Of a stretch of DNA of 48,214 nt, positions 1 through 8,677 are shown in pieces. Origin of the DNA: a virus. Location: the IMG/VR virus record IMGVR_UViG_3300006131_000280; one strand, given 5' to 3'. The stretch's first letter is position 1, and every line of letters begins with the position of its first letter. The position numbers and the translations under genes are program-made. Below the pieces are notes generated by a model that saw only the letters and a program-made list of their open reading frames with translations, was not told the origin of the DNA and made no database searches.

Positions 1-77
1 TCATATGGTTTTACCATCTGTTTTTTTCACCTCCATTTACTCCTTCTGCTACTCTCTTACTTAACTCCACAATCTTC
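1..77. repeat. Terminal direct repeat, identical to 48138..48214 (circular closure overlap)
   Basis: The first 77 nt (tcatatggttttaccatctg...ccacaatcttc) recur exactly as the last 77 nt. The repeat contains the 5' end of minus-strand CDS 47927..48154. Confidence 0.95.
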
Positions 78-164
78 GTCTGTCCCTACACTGCTGGGCG
101 TTTTTCATCGTTTCTAGATGCCAGACGAACTGCCACATCAATTCATGCTTATTTGATAATCTGC

Positions 165-223
165 TTGCCCTTCCTTGTTTCCTTCCCTATACTGTATGTA
201 CAGGCTCCTGCCAGAGTCGAGTA
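165..223 (+). promoter_or_regulatory. Putative promoter plus conserved operator/leader, copy 1
   Basis: TTGCCC(165-170), 17-nt spacer, TATACT(188-193), then palindrome CTGTATGTACAG and hairpin GGCTC-N6-GAGTC. Block 188..223 matches 995..1030 at 34 of 36 positions. Confidence 0.45.
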
Positions 224-243
224 CGCAAGAAAGGAGAATATCT

Positions 244-513
244 ATGGGATCTTTACCAATTCCAGGAGAAATGTACTTGAATGATTTCCCCGACAAATCT
301 ACTTATTCCATCTACCGTTCAGGCAGCTTTATTGCCAAAGCGGAAGGACTTATTAACTCAGATGAAGACGGAAATCACATTGCATTTCTATATGGAACAG
401 ATGTTATTGTAGGCGATATGTTGCAAGCCAAAAACGGAAAATCTTATGCTGTCAGTTTCACTGACATAGATGAATACAACGGTAAACCCAGTATCATCAA
501 AGCTTATTACTAA
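244..513 (+). CDS. Hypothetical protein (89 aa)
   Basis: ATG at 244 is preceded by AGGAGA with a 7-nt spacer. It is the internal start of track ORF 175..513. The upstream region is shared with CDS 1051..1257. Confidence 0.55.
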   Translation: MGSLPIPGEMYLNDFPDKSTYSIYRSGSFIAKAEGLINSDEDGNHIAFLYGTDVIVGDMLQAKNGKSYAVSFTDIDEYNGKPSIIKAYY

Positions 514-695
514 TTATCGCTAGAGATTTTTCTGCCGAGGCTGAGATAGAAGTTGTGTGTACATCTTGCCACTTCATGGAGAATATCTTCCAAGTCAGTT
601 TTGTTCACATCTTTAATCTTGGCCTCAATTTCCAATTTTATTTTAGAGCCACCCCGTGTCTGAAATTCATATTCTTTCTTGTGTGATAATTCCAT
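510..695 (-). CDS. Hypothetical early protein (61 aa)
   Basis: Track ORF. AGGAGA lies about 10 nt upstream of the ATG on the minus strand. Confidence 0.55.
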   Translation of the reverse strand: MELSHKKEYEFQTRGGSKIKLEIEAKIKDVNKTDLEDILHEVARCTHNFYLSLGRKISSDN

Positions 696-781
696 CTATA
701 TATTGTTCTCCTTTTTTGTTTGTCCCTTTTTAAGATAGCGGTTGCTGATGATACTCCTTGGATTATCATGCCTCCTCCCCA

Positions 782-943
782 CTACACCGCCGGGCGTCCT
801 GCTGCCATTTTGTCCATCTCACATCTTACTTTTAAAATGTCTATATTGCTTTTTGCAATCATCAATGCATAGGGATCATTTTCTGCAAGATATTTTGCGG
901 TTTTTACCATCTCTGCCATCTCTTTTTTCTCTTTTTCGCTCAT
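782..943 (-). CDS. Small hypothetical protein (53 aa, below the track cutoff)
   Basis: Hand translation: MSEKEKKEMAEMVKTAKYLAENDPYALMIAKSNIDILKVRCEMDKMAAGRPAV, stop TAG. AGGAGG lies 7 nt upstream of ATG 943. Confidence 0.5.
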   Translation of the reverse strand: MSEKEKKEMAEMVKTAKYLAENDPYALMIAKSNIDILKVRCEMDKMAAGRPAV

Positions 944-971
944 CTAATCGCCTCCTTATTATTGCATTTAC

Positions 972-1030
972 TTGTGTTCCTCTCCTATTCGGCTTATACT
1001 GTATTTACAGGCTCCTGCCAGAGCCGAGTA
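972..1030 (+). promoter_or_regulatory. Putative promoter plus conserved operator/leader, copy 2
   Basis: TTGTGT(972-977), 17-nt spacer, TATACT(995-1000), then CTGTATTTACAG and hairpin GGCTC-N6-GAGCC. Paralogous to 165..223. Confidence 0.45.
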
Positions 1031-1050
1031 AAAAGGAAGGGAGAATGTTT

Positions 1051-1257
1051 ATGTCTTTACACAAGTACATGCTGGATTTTTCTGCACTTGCCACTGATGA
1101 AAGGGCTTCTCTGTTCGAGCGAATTGATGGAGTCACCTACAACGGTTTAGCTCTGAACCCCGAAACACAAACTGGAACCTTTTTGGTAGATGAATCTTTC
1201 AACGTTGATTCTCTGAAAATCCCAATTTGCTGTCATTTGACGCGGGTTCATCAATAG
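1051..1257 (+). CDS. Hypothetical protein (68 aa)
   Basis: ATG 1051 (or 1045) follows GGAAGGGAGA. It is the C-terminal part of the composite track ORF 742..1257. Its 3' end overlaps convergent CDS 1199..1633 by 59 nt, which lowers confidence. Confidence 0.4.
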   Translation: MSLHKYMLDFSALATDERASLFERIDGVTYNGLALNPETQTGTFLVDESFNVDSLKIPICCHLTRVHQ

Positions 1258-1633
1258 GTGAAAAAAAACAATAGTTTGTTTTCAAAGTTTCCGCATTGTA
1301 AAATAACTCCATGCGGAAGCTTTTTCTTTCCTGCGTTATCTGCCAGATCTGCTCCATCAGTGACATAAGAAATGCGATGGACTTTTCAAAGCCCTCTGTT
1401 CTGACACTGCTCATCCCAATAATTTCTTCCCCGTCCCTCGCCAACTTTCCGGCATCTTCCAAAGAAAACGGAATATATTTCTGTTCACTATGGAATCCAC
1501 CAGAATACTGTTTTACCAGCTTTTCAAATTCCTCTTGTGGTAAATCCAGGACATCCGTAACCATCTTTCCATCTGCCAGGCGATGAATAGTCGTGTGTAC
1601 TGGTATTCGGTCGTTCGGTTTATTATTTTTCAT
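1199..1633 (-). CDS. Hypothetical early protein (144 aa)
   Basis: Track ORF directly downstream of the Cro-like gene on the same strand. Confidence 0.6.
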   Translation of the reverse strand: MKNNKPNDRIPVHTTIHRLADGKMVTDVLDLPQEEFEKLVKQYSGGFHSEQKYIPFSLEDAGKLARDGEEIIGMSSVRTEGFEKSIAFLMSLMEQIWQITQERKSFRMELFYNAETLKTNYCFFSPIDEPASNDSKLGFSENQR

Positions 1634-1729
1634 AAATCAAATCCTTTCTTAAAGATAGTGGTTTCTGGCGATATTCTTTTCTATTCTGTTATCAATGTGC
1701 TGTGTTGCTATTCTGAACCACTCTCCTCT

Positions 1730-1912
1730 TTAAGCTCCTTTGCCATATGGAAATAAATAATCCAAAGACATATCTGGAAAAAACTTATCTCTAATCGCTA
1801 CACATTCATCAAATCCCCATTGCGATTCACCACAAAATCTTGAATTGACTGTCCTATATGAACAACCAATGCAATTTGCAATATCCATACGCGATATTTT
1901 ATTCCGTTTCAT
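1730..1912 (-). CDS. Cro-like small HTH regulator (60 aa from internal ATG)
   Basis: MKRNKISRMDIANCIGCSYRTVNS... is HTH-like. GGAGG lies 5 nt upstream of ATG 1912. The gene is divergent from the CI-like repressor across the operator region. Confidence 0.7.
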   Translation of the reverse strand: MKRNKISRMDIANCIGCSYRTVNSRFCGESQWGFDECVAIRDKFFPDMSLDYLFPYGKGA

Positions 1913-1970
1913 TTCTGCCTCCAGATTATTGCAATTCACCACAATCAATCTTTACTTACCTCCTCTCTTT

Positions 1971-1986
1971 TTGCGATATTTCGCAA
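1971..1986. promoter_or_regulatory. Operator site 1 (TTGCGA-TATT-TCGCAA)
   Basis: Perfect 6-bp inverted repeat with a 4-nt spacer, in the cro/cI intergenic region. Confidence 0.75.
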
Positions 1987-2003
1987 TTCATAATTACACT
2001 ATA

Positions 2004-2019
2004 TTGCAATATTTCGCAA
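2004..2019. promoter_or_regulatory. Operator site 2 (TTGCAA-TATT-TCGCAA)
   Basis: Second copy of the 16-mer, one mismatch to site 1. Confidence 0.75.
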
Positions 2020-2045
2020 ATGTCAATACCTAATCTTGAATTGGA

Positions 2046-2061
2046 TTGCAATATTTCGCAA
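2046..2061. promoter_or_regulatory. Operator site 3 (TTGCAA-TATT-TCGCAA)
   Basis: Third copy, identical to site 2. Confidence 0.75.
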
Positions 2062-2103
2062 TTTCCTATTTACTTTTCTCTTTACATATAGTAATATGAT
2101 GAC

Positions 2104-2901
2104 ATGGAGGTGATATTGGTGAAACGCTCTTTAATTTTACGGCAATTAATGGCAAACCGTGACATGAAAGTTTCGGATGTTTCAAAACAAAGTGGAATAG
2201 CCTATTCTACTGTAAAATCCATACTGGAAAATGGAACTGGAAAAGCCAGTTATATAAATATATGTAAAATATGTTCTTCTCTTGGAATAACACCTGATGA
2301 ATTAGAACATATGGCAAAAGAAAATACCATCAGTGAATTTCAAATATCCAAAAAAGATTCAGATTTATTAAATGAATATCATTCCCTCGACCCCTACGGT
2401 CAAGAAACCATAGACGCAGCCCTCACCAGAGAATCCAAACGTATAGAACAATATGGAAAATTAGGCAAAAGAAATGTTGTCATACTGGCAGAATACGAAG
2501 CCTCCAAAGCTCCCACTCACATTATCCCTTACTGGGAATATGGTGTCTCTGCCGGGAATGGAATCTACCAATTAAATGATACAACCTCTGTCATGATGAC
2601 CCTCTGGGCCACAGAAACTACAAAGCAGGCGGATTTCATCATAAAAGTAAGCGGCTCCAGCATGGAGCCAGATTACCATGACGGCGATAAGGTTCTTGTA
2701 GACAGAAAAGCTGTTGTTCAAAAAGGCGAAGTTGGTATCTTCGTAAAGAGTGGGGATACTTACATTAAAGAATTAGGAGAGAATGAGCTGATTTCAAGAA
2801 ACACTGAATTCCCTAACATTCCTGTTAAAGATTTTGAAAATGTGGTCTGTCTGGGGAAGGTTATCGGAATATTGACCGATTCTTTAATTGCTGAAGAATA
2901 A
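2104..2901 (+). CDS. CI/LexA-like repressor: N-terminal XRE-type HTH plus C-terminal S24 peptidase
   Basis: HTH region SDVSKQSGIAYSTVKSILEN. S24 signature VSGSSMEPDYHDGDKVLVD and downstream Lys (YIKEL). The true start may be GTG 2119, 7 nt after GGAGG. Confidence 0.85.
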   Translation: MEVILVKRSLILRQLMANRDMKVSDVSKQSGIAYSTVKSILENGTGKASYINICKICSSLGITPDELEHMAKENTISEFQISKKDSDLLNEYHSLDPYGQETIDAALTRESKRIEQYGKLGKRNVVILAEYEASKAPTHIIPYWEYGVSAGNGIYQLNDTTSVMMTLWATETTKQADFIIKVSGSSMEPDYHDGDKVLVDRKAVVQKGEVGIFVKSGDTYIKELGENELISRNTEFPNIPVKDFENVVCLGKVIGILTDSLIAEE

Positions 2902-3074
2902 ACAGAAAGCTTTATGGATGATCTTTTGAGTCATTATTTTACCCAGCAGCATTTTCATACTTCCATTTTAATTGATGGCATGATTTATGTTATTGGAAAT
3001 TGTTGGGAATATTTAGCAAAACTTTTTGTGAAGCTCACAAACATAATAAATTTTTAAATAGGAGGATTTTTATA

Positions 3075-3599
3075 ATGAAAAAAATATTATTACTTGCAGC
3101 CACAATATCACTGTCAACATACATGGGGCTCACTGCCTTTGCTGGCGAATGGAAACAAGATGCAAATGGTTACCAGTACGTAAATGATAATGGAGAATTA
3201 TTCTATAATGGATGGCAGTGGATTGATGGAAATAACGATGGAATTGCAGAATCATACTATTTCAACGAAACTGGATATTGCCTCCTGAACACAACTACTC
3301 CAGATGGCTTTGTTGTGAATTCCGATGGAGCCTGGGCCATAGACGGCATTGTTCAAACCAAATCCATCCGTACAGAAGAACCTGTATCTACTCAGACAGA
3401 AGCACCCACATCTACGAATAGCACAAACACATCAAGCCAGGAAACTGTTAATGTAGGCGATACAGTATATCTTCCAGCGTCTGGAGAAAAATATCACAAA
3501 ATTCCAAATTGTGGAAAAATGAACCCCGATAAGGCCCGCGCTGTTTCTGTCTCTGATGCGATAAAGAGAGGCTATCAGCCCTGTACAAAATGCTATTAA
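3075..3599 (+). CDS. Secreted protein with cell-wall-binding (choline-binding-type) repeats and a C-terminal Cys-rich motif
   Basis: ATG 3075 follows AGGAGG. Signal peptide MKKILLLAATISLSTYMGLTAFA. GW/YY-rich repeats. C-terminal YHKIPNCGK...QPCTKCY. Confidence 0.75.
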   Translation: MKKILLLAATISLSTYMGLTAFAGEWKQDANGYQYVNDNGELFYNGWQWIDGNNDGIAESYYFNETGYCLLNTTTPDGFVVNSDGAWAIDGIVQTKSIRTEEPVSTQTEAPTSTNSTNTSSQETVNVGDTVYLPASGEKYHKIPNCGKMNPDKARAVSVSDAIKRGYQPCTKCY

Positions 3600-3622
3600 T
3601 TCTGTGACTAAATAGAAATGCA

Positions 3623-3656
3623 AAAACCGCCTTCAGTTGGCGCTGAAAACGGTTTT
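3623..3656 (+). terminator. Hairpin terminator after the secreted-protein gene
   Basis: AAAACCGCCTTCAG-ttggcg-CTGAAAACGGTTTT, 14-position stem with one 2x2 internal loop. Confidence 0.55.
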
Positions 3657-3805
3657 ACATAGATTATTCCTGCCGGAATACTCTGGAAAGATATAAATTC
3701 ATCCAAACAAATTATATCATTCCCGGAGCGTCCTGGCAAGGGCGTATTTTTTATATACAAAAACCAGTTGCGGCATCGCAACCTGCAAATGAAAGGAATG
3801 ATATC

Positions 3806-5077
3806 ATGGGAGAACTCAGAACAAGAAAACGAGGAAGCAAATGGGAATACTCCTTCGAAGGAGCTCCGGTAAACGGAAAAAGAAAAAGTATATCAAAGTC
3901 TGGATTCCGGACGAAAGCGGAAGCCATTACTGCCGGAACATCAGCTATGAATCAATACAATAATTCTGGTTCCTGCTTTTCCCCAGCTGAATGTAGCATA
4001 TCCGATTATCTGGATTACTGGTTTGATAATTACTGCAAAGTGAACTTAAAGTATAATACTCAAATCGGCTATTTGCAGATCATTGAAAACCATCTGAAGC
4101 CGCGCTTCGGAATATACAAACTCAGGGCATTGACTACTGCGGCAATCCAGGAATACGTGAATGCCTTGAAACTCCAGGGACTGTCCAGAAACTCTGTGAA
4201 AGGTATTCTTTCCGTCCTTTCTGCATCATATGAATATGCCATCGAACCGCTAAATTACATTCAGGATAATCCCTGTCATCGTGTAAAAATACCAAAATTC
4301 GAAAAAAAACCGAAAGAGCGGTATATCATCACGCCGGAAGAGTTTAACCAAATCATCGCCAGATTCCAGGAAGGAAGCAGCTTCTATATTCCAATCATGA
4401 TTGGATATTACACCGGGCTCCGGATCAGCGAGGCCTTTGCGCTCACCTGGGAGGACATTGACTTAAAAAACAGAACTCTCACCGTCAATAAAACTGTAGT
4501 CAAACGGAATTATGGGGTTGACGTAAGAAAAGTTGCCAGTCAGAAGGGCAAGAAAGAAGAAAAGTCTGCGTGGTACTTTAGCACTCCGAAAACAGAAAGC
4601 TCCAACCGTACAATAAAATTCGGGGATGCCTTATATTCTGCCCTGAAACATGCACAAACCGTACAGAAAAAGAACCGGCTCCAGTATGGCGAGTATTATA
4701 CAGAGCATTACCTGAAACCTGAAAAGGACGAAAAAGGGAACACGATTTTCCGCATCATTCCTGTAGCACGCTGTGTTAATTGTGCCTTAAAACAGGTAGA
4801 TATGGTATGCGTCCGTGAGAATGGGGAATATATAAGCACGGATTCCATGAAATACTGTAACCGGGTCATTCATAATGAACTTAAGCTGGCTTTTGACTAC
4901 CATTCTCTTCGCCACACGCACGCGACGATATTAATTGAAAATGGCGCTGACATCAAAGATGTCCAGGCCAGGCTCGGACATTCTGATATCAGCACCACAC
5001 TGCAAATCTACACCCATGCAACGGACAAAATGTCCATGAAAAGTGTCGATATTTTTGAAAAGGCTGTCAATATCTGA
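3806..5077 (+). CDS. int: Tyrosine recombinase (phage integrase)
   Basis: N-terminal arm-binding-type segment ([11 protein letters not shown]...GFRTKAEA). Catalytic motifs [31 protein letters not shown]. Confidence 0.92.
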   Translation: MGELRTRKRGSKWEYSFEGAPVNGKRKSISKSGFRTKAEAITAGTSAMNQYNNSGSCFSPAECSISDYLDYWFDNYCKVNLKYNTQIGYLQIIENHLKPRFGIYKLRALTTAAIQEYVNALKLQGLSRNSVKGILSVLSASYEYAIEPLNYIQDNPCHRVKIPKFEKKPKERYIITPEEFNQIIARFQEGSSFYIPIMIGYYTGLRISEAFALTWEDIDLKNRTLTVNKTVVKRNYGVDVRKVASQKGKKEEKSAWYFSTPKTESSNRTIKFGDALYSALKHAQTVQKKNRLQYGEYYTEHYLKPEKDEKGNTIFRIIPVARCVNCALKQVDMVCVRENGEYISTDSMKYCNRVIHNELKLAFDYHSLRHTHATILIENGADIKDVQARLGHSDISTTLQIYTHATDKMSMKSVDIFEKAVNI

Positions 5078-5080
5078 AAA
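4992..5080 (+). repeat. Direct repeat copy A (int 3' end)
   Basis: 89 nt matching 8737..8825. The first 53 nt are identical, followed by 5 mismatches in 36 nt. Confidence 0.9.
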
Positions 5081-5196
5081 ATGAAGCTTGTTCAAGACCT
5101 TAGATTGATAGTCGCCCTCGCCCCGAGACAACAGCCGTTTTTCCATCTTGTTTAATTTTCCATGTGAATCTCCATCCACTTGAAAATGAGTATAAA

Positions 5197-5227
5197 ATAT
5201 GCCATAGGTGGTTAACCTATGGCATAT
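5197..5227 (-). terminator. Terminator of the methyltransferase/GHKL operon
   Basis: ATATGCCATAGG-tggttaa-CCTATGGCATAT, 12-bp perfect stem. A T-rich tract follows on the minus strand (tttatactcatttt). Confidence 0.6.
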
Positions 5228-5316
5228 AAAAGAATATATAAATATTTTTTTATTGGTTTAAATTTTAGGCAGACAGAAATCGTCTTCCCTATAATAAGTT
5301 TATCAAGAGGTTGCTT

Positions 5317-5523
5317 ATGAAACAATATAAAACTACATGTATGTATGGCTATTCAATTTTGGGGGAATGCCCACCCAAATTAGATACTCAAACAAATTAT
5401 GTAATTATTGAACAATCTAGGTTTTTCCCACATTGTGTTATTATTCAACGGGCAGACGGTAAAATGTTTCAAGGTGAAAAAACTTGGATTGTTCCGCAAA
5501 GTAGCATATCAACCAATCTCTAA
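5317..5523 (+). CDS. Small hypothetical protein (68 aa), uncertain
   Basis: ATG 5317 lies 7 nt after AAGAGG. AT-rich. Its 3' end overlaps the convergent GHKL gene by 15 nt. Confidence 0.3.
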   Translation: MKQYKTTCMYGYSILGECPPKLDTQTNYVIIEQSRFFPHCVIIQRADGKMFQGEKTWIVPQSSISTNL

Positions 5524-7482
5524 TTCGTTAATAATATCACTCAATGTTGATATATTTTTATTTTGCTCCAAGAAATCACTATATAAATTTTGTGCATTTC
5601 TTAAAAGTTCATCATAATACATAATCCGACACTGGTAAGCTTTTAAGGCTTCTTTAGTAGCTTGATATACATCTTCATCATAATGTATTCCATCTAGGTG
5701 ATTCCCCAAGAGGACAATAATTTCAAATGGTTCAGGCTGATCTAAAATAGCCATTACTTTTTTTGTGGCAGAAAAATATTTATATACTTGGGTCGTTATT
5801 TCTTGTGATTTTACCGTCCTATCTCCTTTTTTTAATTCAATTATCAAATGCCTATTAGATGCTTTTTTATATCGAATATCCAGACGGGCATCTAATTCTT
5901 CTTGGGTGAGACCTGCATCTATAGTTTCAAATTGTGTTTTAAACGCTTGTTCTACGATTGGAGCTTCAGTTCCTCTATCCCATGAAGGATCAAGTAGCCA
6001 TAAATTTTTGCTCAAATGGTCTTGTATGACTTTTTCAAGGCTACCATCAGATACGACATCTTGCATTTTTCTGATAACAGCAAGACGCTCTTGCACAATT
6101 TGATAATACATAGTTGCTTCAATATCATCAAGTCGTCCTGCAACTTCTATAAATGTCGCAATATTTTCAGCAGAAATTTTTTCCAATTGGCTTAATTCAT
6201 TTTTTAATTTAAAAGACTCGAAAGCCAACACTCCATGCTTGAATAGTTCTTTTTTCTCTTCTTTTTCAACAGTTAACTGATTGATTTTACCGAATAATTT
6301 TTTTGCAGATCTTTTATCATCTCCTTTCAACTTGTTATACCAGTCGCTTACAACAACATATTTGCACGCCTCATCAACTCCACTAGCGCTTCTGGTTTCT
6401 TCCCAGTCGGTTCGAACTGAAGTAAGACTCTTTCTAACAAACTCTTTTAAAGCGATATAACGTTCATCGTCTTCAAAGAAATCCTGCCTGCTGCTTGTAG
6501 TTATATCTGCTTCATCGTCTAAATCTAAAAAATCCGCAGATAATTCTCCAAAAATATATTTTGAATATAGGGCGGTTGTTCCAATTTCAGAAAAAATATC
6601 TTCTTTTGCCATTTTCCCACGAACCATAATCACAATACGGTTTAAATTTTCATCATCATCTAGTTCCTTTGGCTCTGAGCAGGTAGCAATCCATCCTGTA
6701 ATGCGATAAGAAACTTCTCCAACCGTTATCATAGAGGGTAGTTCCTTTATAAGTTTAATTTTATCTGCTTTGGTTTGATTCTCCAAATCTTTTTTGAATT
6801 CATCAGGCTTATTCTCTGGAAGAAACATCCATACACATTGTGCTTTAGAGAGATAATTTCTATCAGATATGACTATTTCATCACCATTTATTGATACTTT
6901 AAAATCATGTTTTGCACCAATAATTGCAAATCTGCGAGCTAAACGCTGTCTTAAATGCGCCGCCAAAGAAGCAGTTCTTTTTTTCTTAAGATCATTTAAA
7001 ATAATTTTTGTACCATTCTCACAGAAAGTAATATTATCAGGTGATAACTCGGTAGGAAAATATGTATCGTTGGTTTTAATTGCCTCCTTCAAAGAATTGG
7101 TATCAATCTTAAAACCGTTAATTTCTCCATCTTTTTTAGAGTAAACCTCAACAACATTTGCAATTGAAAAAAGGGATAGCTTGCCAATTCCTTTTCTTCC
7201 CATTACTGGTCTATGAAGCATTGGTGACAGACCACTTTCACTACGTTTCTGATAACCTACAGTCAAATATTTATTGTTTATATCAGATAGGTTCATCCCA
7301 ATACCATTGTCAGTAATGGATATACTATCGCCATTAATTTCTATTAATACTTCTTGAGCATCTGCATCCCATGCGTTTGCAACTACTTCGGATAATACTG
7401 CAGAAGTATTGCTATAGAGATTTAATCCCAGATGATTTAATACCTGTAAATTTATAGACATTTGAAATTTTGGTTGATTCAT
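5509..7482 (-). CDS. GHKL (HATPase_c_3/MORC-MutL-type) ATPase fused to a C-terminal PD-(D/E)xK, DUF4263/Shedu-like nuclease domain
   Basis: N box SEVVANAWDA (aa 31-40), G1 DNGIGM (58-63), G2 GRKGIGKLS (95-103). C-terminal HLSKNLWLLDPSW...LDIRY(D535)...IIELKK(E549,K551)...QVYKY. GGGAGG RBS. ATGA overlap with the upstream methyltransferase. Confidence 0.8.
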   Translation of the reverse strand: MNQPKFQMSINLQVLNHLGLNLYSNTSAVLSEVVANAWDADAQEVLIEINGDSISITDNGIGMNLSDINNKYLTVGYQKRSESGLSPMLHRPVMGRKGIGKLSLFSIANVVEVYSKKDGEINGFKIDTNSLKEAIKTNDTYFPTELSPDNITFCENGTKIILNDLKKKRTASLAAHLRQRLARRFAIIGAKHDFKVSINGDEIVISDRNYLSKAQCVWMFLPENKPDEFKKDLENQTKADKIKLIKELPSMITVGEVSYRITGWIATCSEPKELDDDENLNRIVIMVRGKMAKEDIFSEIGTTALYSKYIFGELSADFLDLDDEADITTSSRQDFFEDDERYIALKEFVRKSLTSVRTDWEETRSASGVDEACKYVVVSDWYNKLKGDDKRSAKKLFGKINQLTVEKEEKKELFKHGVLAFESFKLKNELSQLEKISAENIATFIEVAGRLDDIEATMYYQIVQERLAVIRKMQDVVSDGSLEKVIQDHLSKNLWLLDPSWDRGTEAPIVEQAFKTQFETIDAGLTQEELDARLDIRYKKASNRHLIIELKKGDRTVKSQEITTQVYKYFSATKKVMAILDQPEPFEIIVLLGNHLDGIHYDEDVYQATKEALKAYQCRIMYYDELLRNAQNLYSDFLEQNKNISTLSDIINELEIG

Positions 7483-8603
7483 GGCTGTACCTCCCTATGT
7501 TCAGAAACGTATTCAAAATAAAGTCGTATTGCACGTCGAATTTGAGCACGTACAGACGGAACAATATCCTCAAACATGGATTCCTTATTTAATTTCTTTA
7601 AATAATATTCACAATCATCTGTGCCGAATTCTAAAATCCTTTTTGCACGACCTATTCTTGAAAGAGTATCTCCTGCTACTTCTGCAGAAAGTCTTTTTTC
7701 ATTCTTCAACCAATCAATAAACCGCAAGTTATGCAAATCGGTATTTCCTTTAATAAAGTGCATTAAACAAGTTGCTACATAATTAGCCAGGTTGACTGGA
7801 ACTGCATTTCCAATCATTTGTTCTGTTGAAGCAGATGAGTCATCCCAAATAAAACCAGGAGGAAAGGTTTGTATAAGGGAGCGTTCTAGGCAAGATAAGT
7901 TGCGTATTCCATCGGGAGCAATTACATCTCCATTATGCTTTTTATAGTTTCCTGGTTTAGGACGGTTAACGCCTCGTATTGTTGGAGAGGGCTCATCAAC
8001 AGAAAATATACCACGTCGTTTGTATGAACGAGGATGCCGATAATAATATTCTATTGACAAATCGTAATTTTCCTGTCGAAAGTATTCTCTTACTGTTAAA
8101 GGGAAAATGGACTGATTTGTTGATAACAAACCATCTAAAAAACTGTCTTGCCCATTTTTTAATCCAATACAAAAAAATCGCTTCCTCTTCTGAGGAACAC
8201 CGCAAAAACTAGCATCAAGAACTTTTTCTGTTAGCCCATACCCAGCCTCTTTAAAAATTACTCTTGCCTTTTTATATGCATCACTACTAGCTGCACGCTC
8301 CACATTTTCCATTACAAAATATTGGGGAGAAATTGCCTTTATTATTTTTGCATATGAAACAGTTAAATCTGCGCGATCTCCTTCAACTCTATTTCCTGCT
8401 CCAGAAAAATCTTGACAAGGAGGTCCCCCTATTATAATATCAGGATTATATTTTATGATATTCTGGACGGAAAGCTGTACATCTGAGAGGTCAATATCTT
8501 CAACCGGATGTGCGAAATTTTTCTTATAGCAAGAGATAGCAACATCCCAATGCTCAAATCCTGCCAAAATGTCAAATCCTGCTTTTTGAAAACCTAATGA
8601 CAT
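7479..8603 (-). CDS. DNA (cytosine-5) methyltransferase; the coding frame continues upstream to about 8645 without a canonical start
   Basis: Motif IV GGPPCQDFS, VI ENV, VIII QKRKRFF, X GNAVPV. Motif I (DLFCGCGG) is encoded in frame at 8604..8627, upstream of the first ATG. Confidence 0.85.
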   Translation of the reverse strand: MSLGFQKAGFDILAGFEHWDVAISCYKKNFAHPVEDIDLSDVQLSVQNIIKYNPDIIIGGPPCQDFSGAGNRVEGDRADLTVSYAKIIKAISPQYFVMENVERAASSDAYKKARVIFKEAGYGLTEKVLDASFCGVPQKRKRFFCIGLKNGQDSFLDGLLSTNQSIFPLTVREYFRQENYDLSIEYYYRHPRSYKRRGIFSVDEPSPTIRGVNRPKPGNYKKHNGDVIAPDGIRNLSCLERSLIQTFPPGFIWDDSSASTEQMIGNAVPVNLANYVATCLMHFIKGNTDLHNLRFIDWLKNEKRLSAEVAGDTLSRIGRAKRILEFGTDDCEYYLKKLNKESMFEDIVPSVRAQIRRAIRLYFEYVSEHREVQP

Positions 8604-8677
8604 TCCACCACAACCACAGAATAAATCTACAATGTTAATGTTGATCTCATCCTTTCCACCAGTCTATTTAATGGCTT

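Noticed and set aside
1-77. The 77-nt terminal repeat read as a physical direct terminal repeat or cos-type end.
   Set aside because: It interrupts a CDS, its length equals a common assembler k-mer, and TerL is of the headful (PBSX) type. A circularisation overlap is more likely. It is kept as a finding only for topology.
194-205. CTGTATGTACAG (and CTGTATTTACAG at 1001..1012) resembles a LexA SOS box (CTGT...ACAG).
   Set aside because: The spacing is CTGT-N4-ACAG, not the CTGT-N8-ACAG of Proteobacteria. A Firmicutes-type host would use GAAC-N4-GTTC instead. I treat it as a phage-specific operator candidate, not a LexA site.
742-1257. 171-aa track ORF.
   Set aside because: It is a composite. 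The 5' two-thirds is the antisense of a good minus-strand small ORF (782..943) plus promoter/leader sequence. Only the part from ATG 1045/1051 has an RBS.
3712-3805. 10-bp long-range inverted repeat (ATATCATTCC ... GGAATGATAT) that could sequester the int RBS.
   Set aside because: It is a single short AT-rich pairing about 80 nt apart, and chance occurrence is plausible. No supporting conservation can be assessed here.
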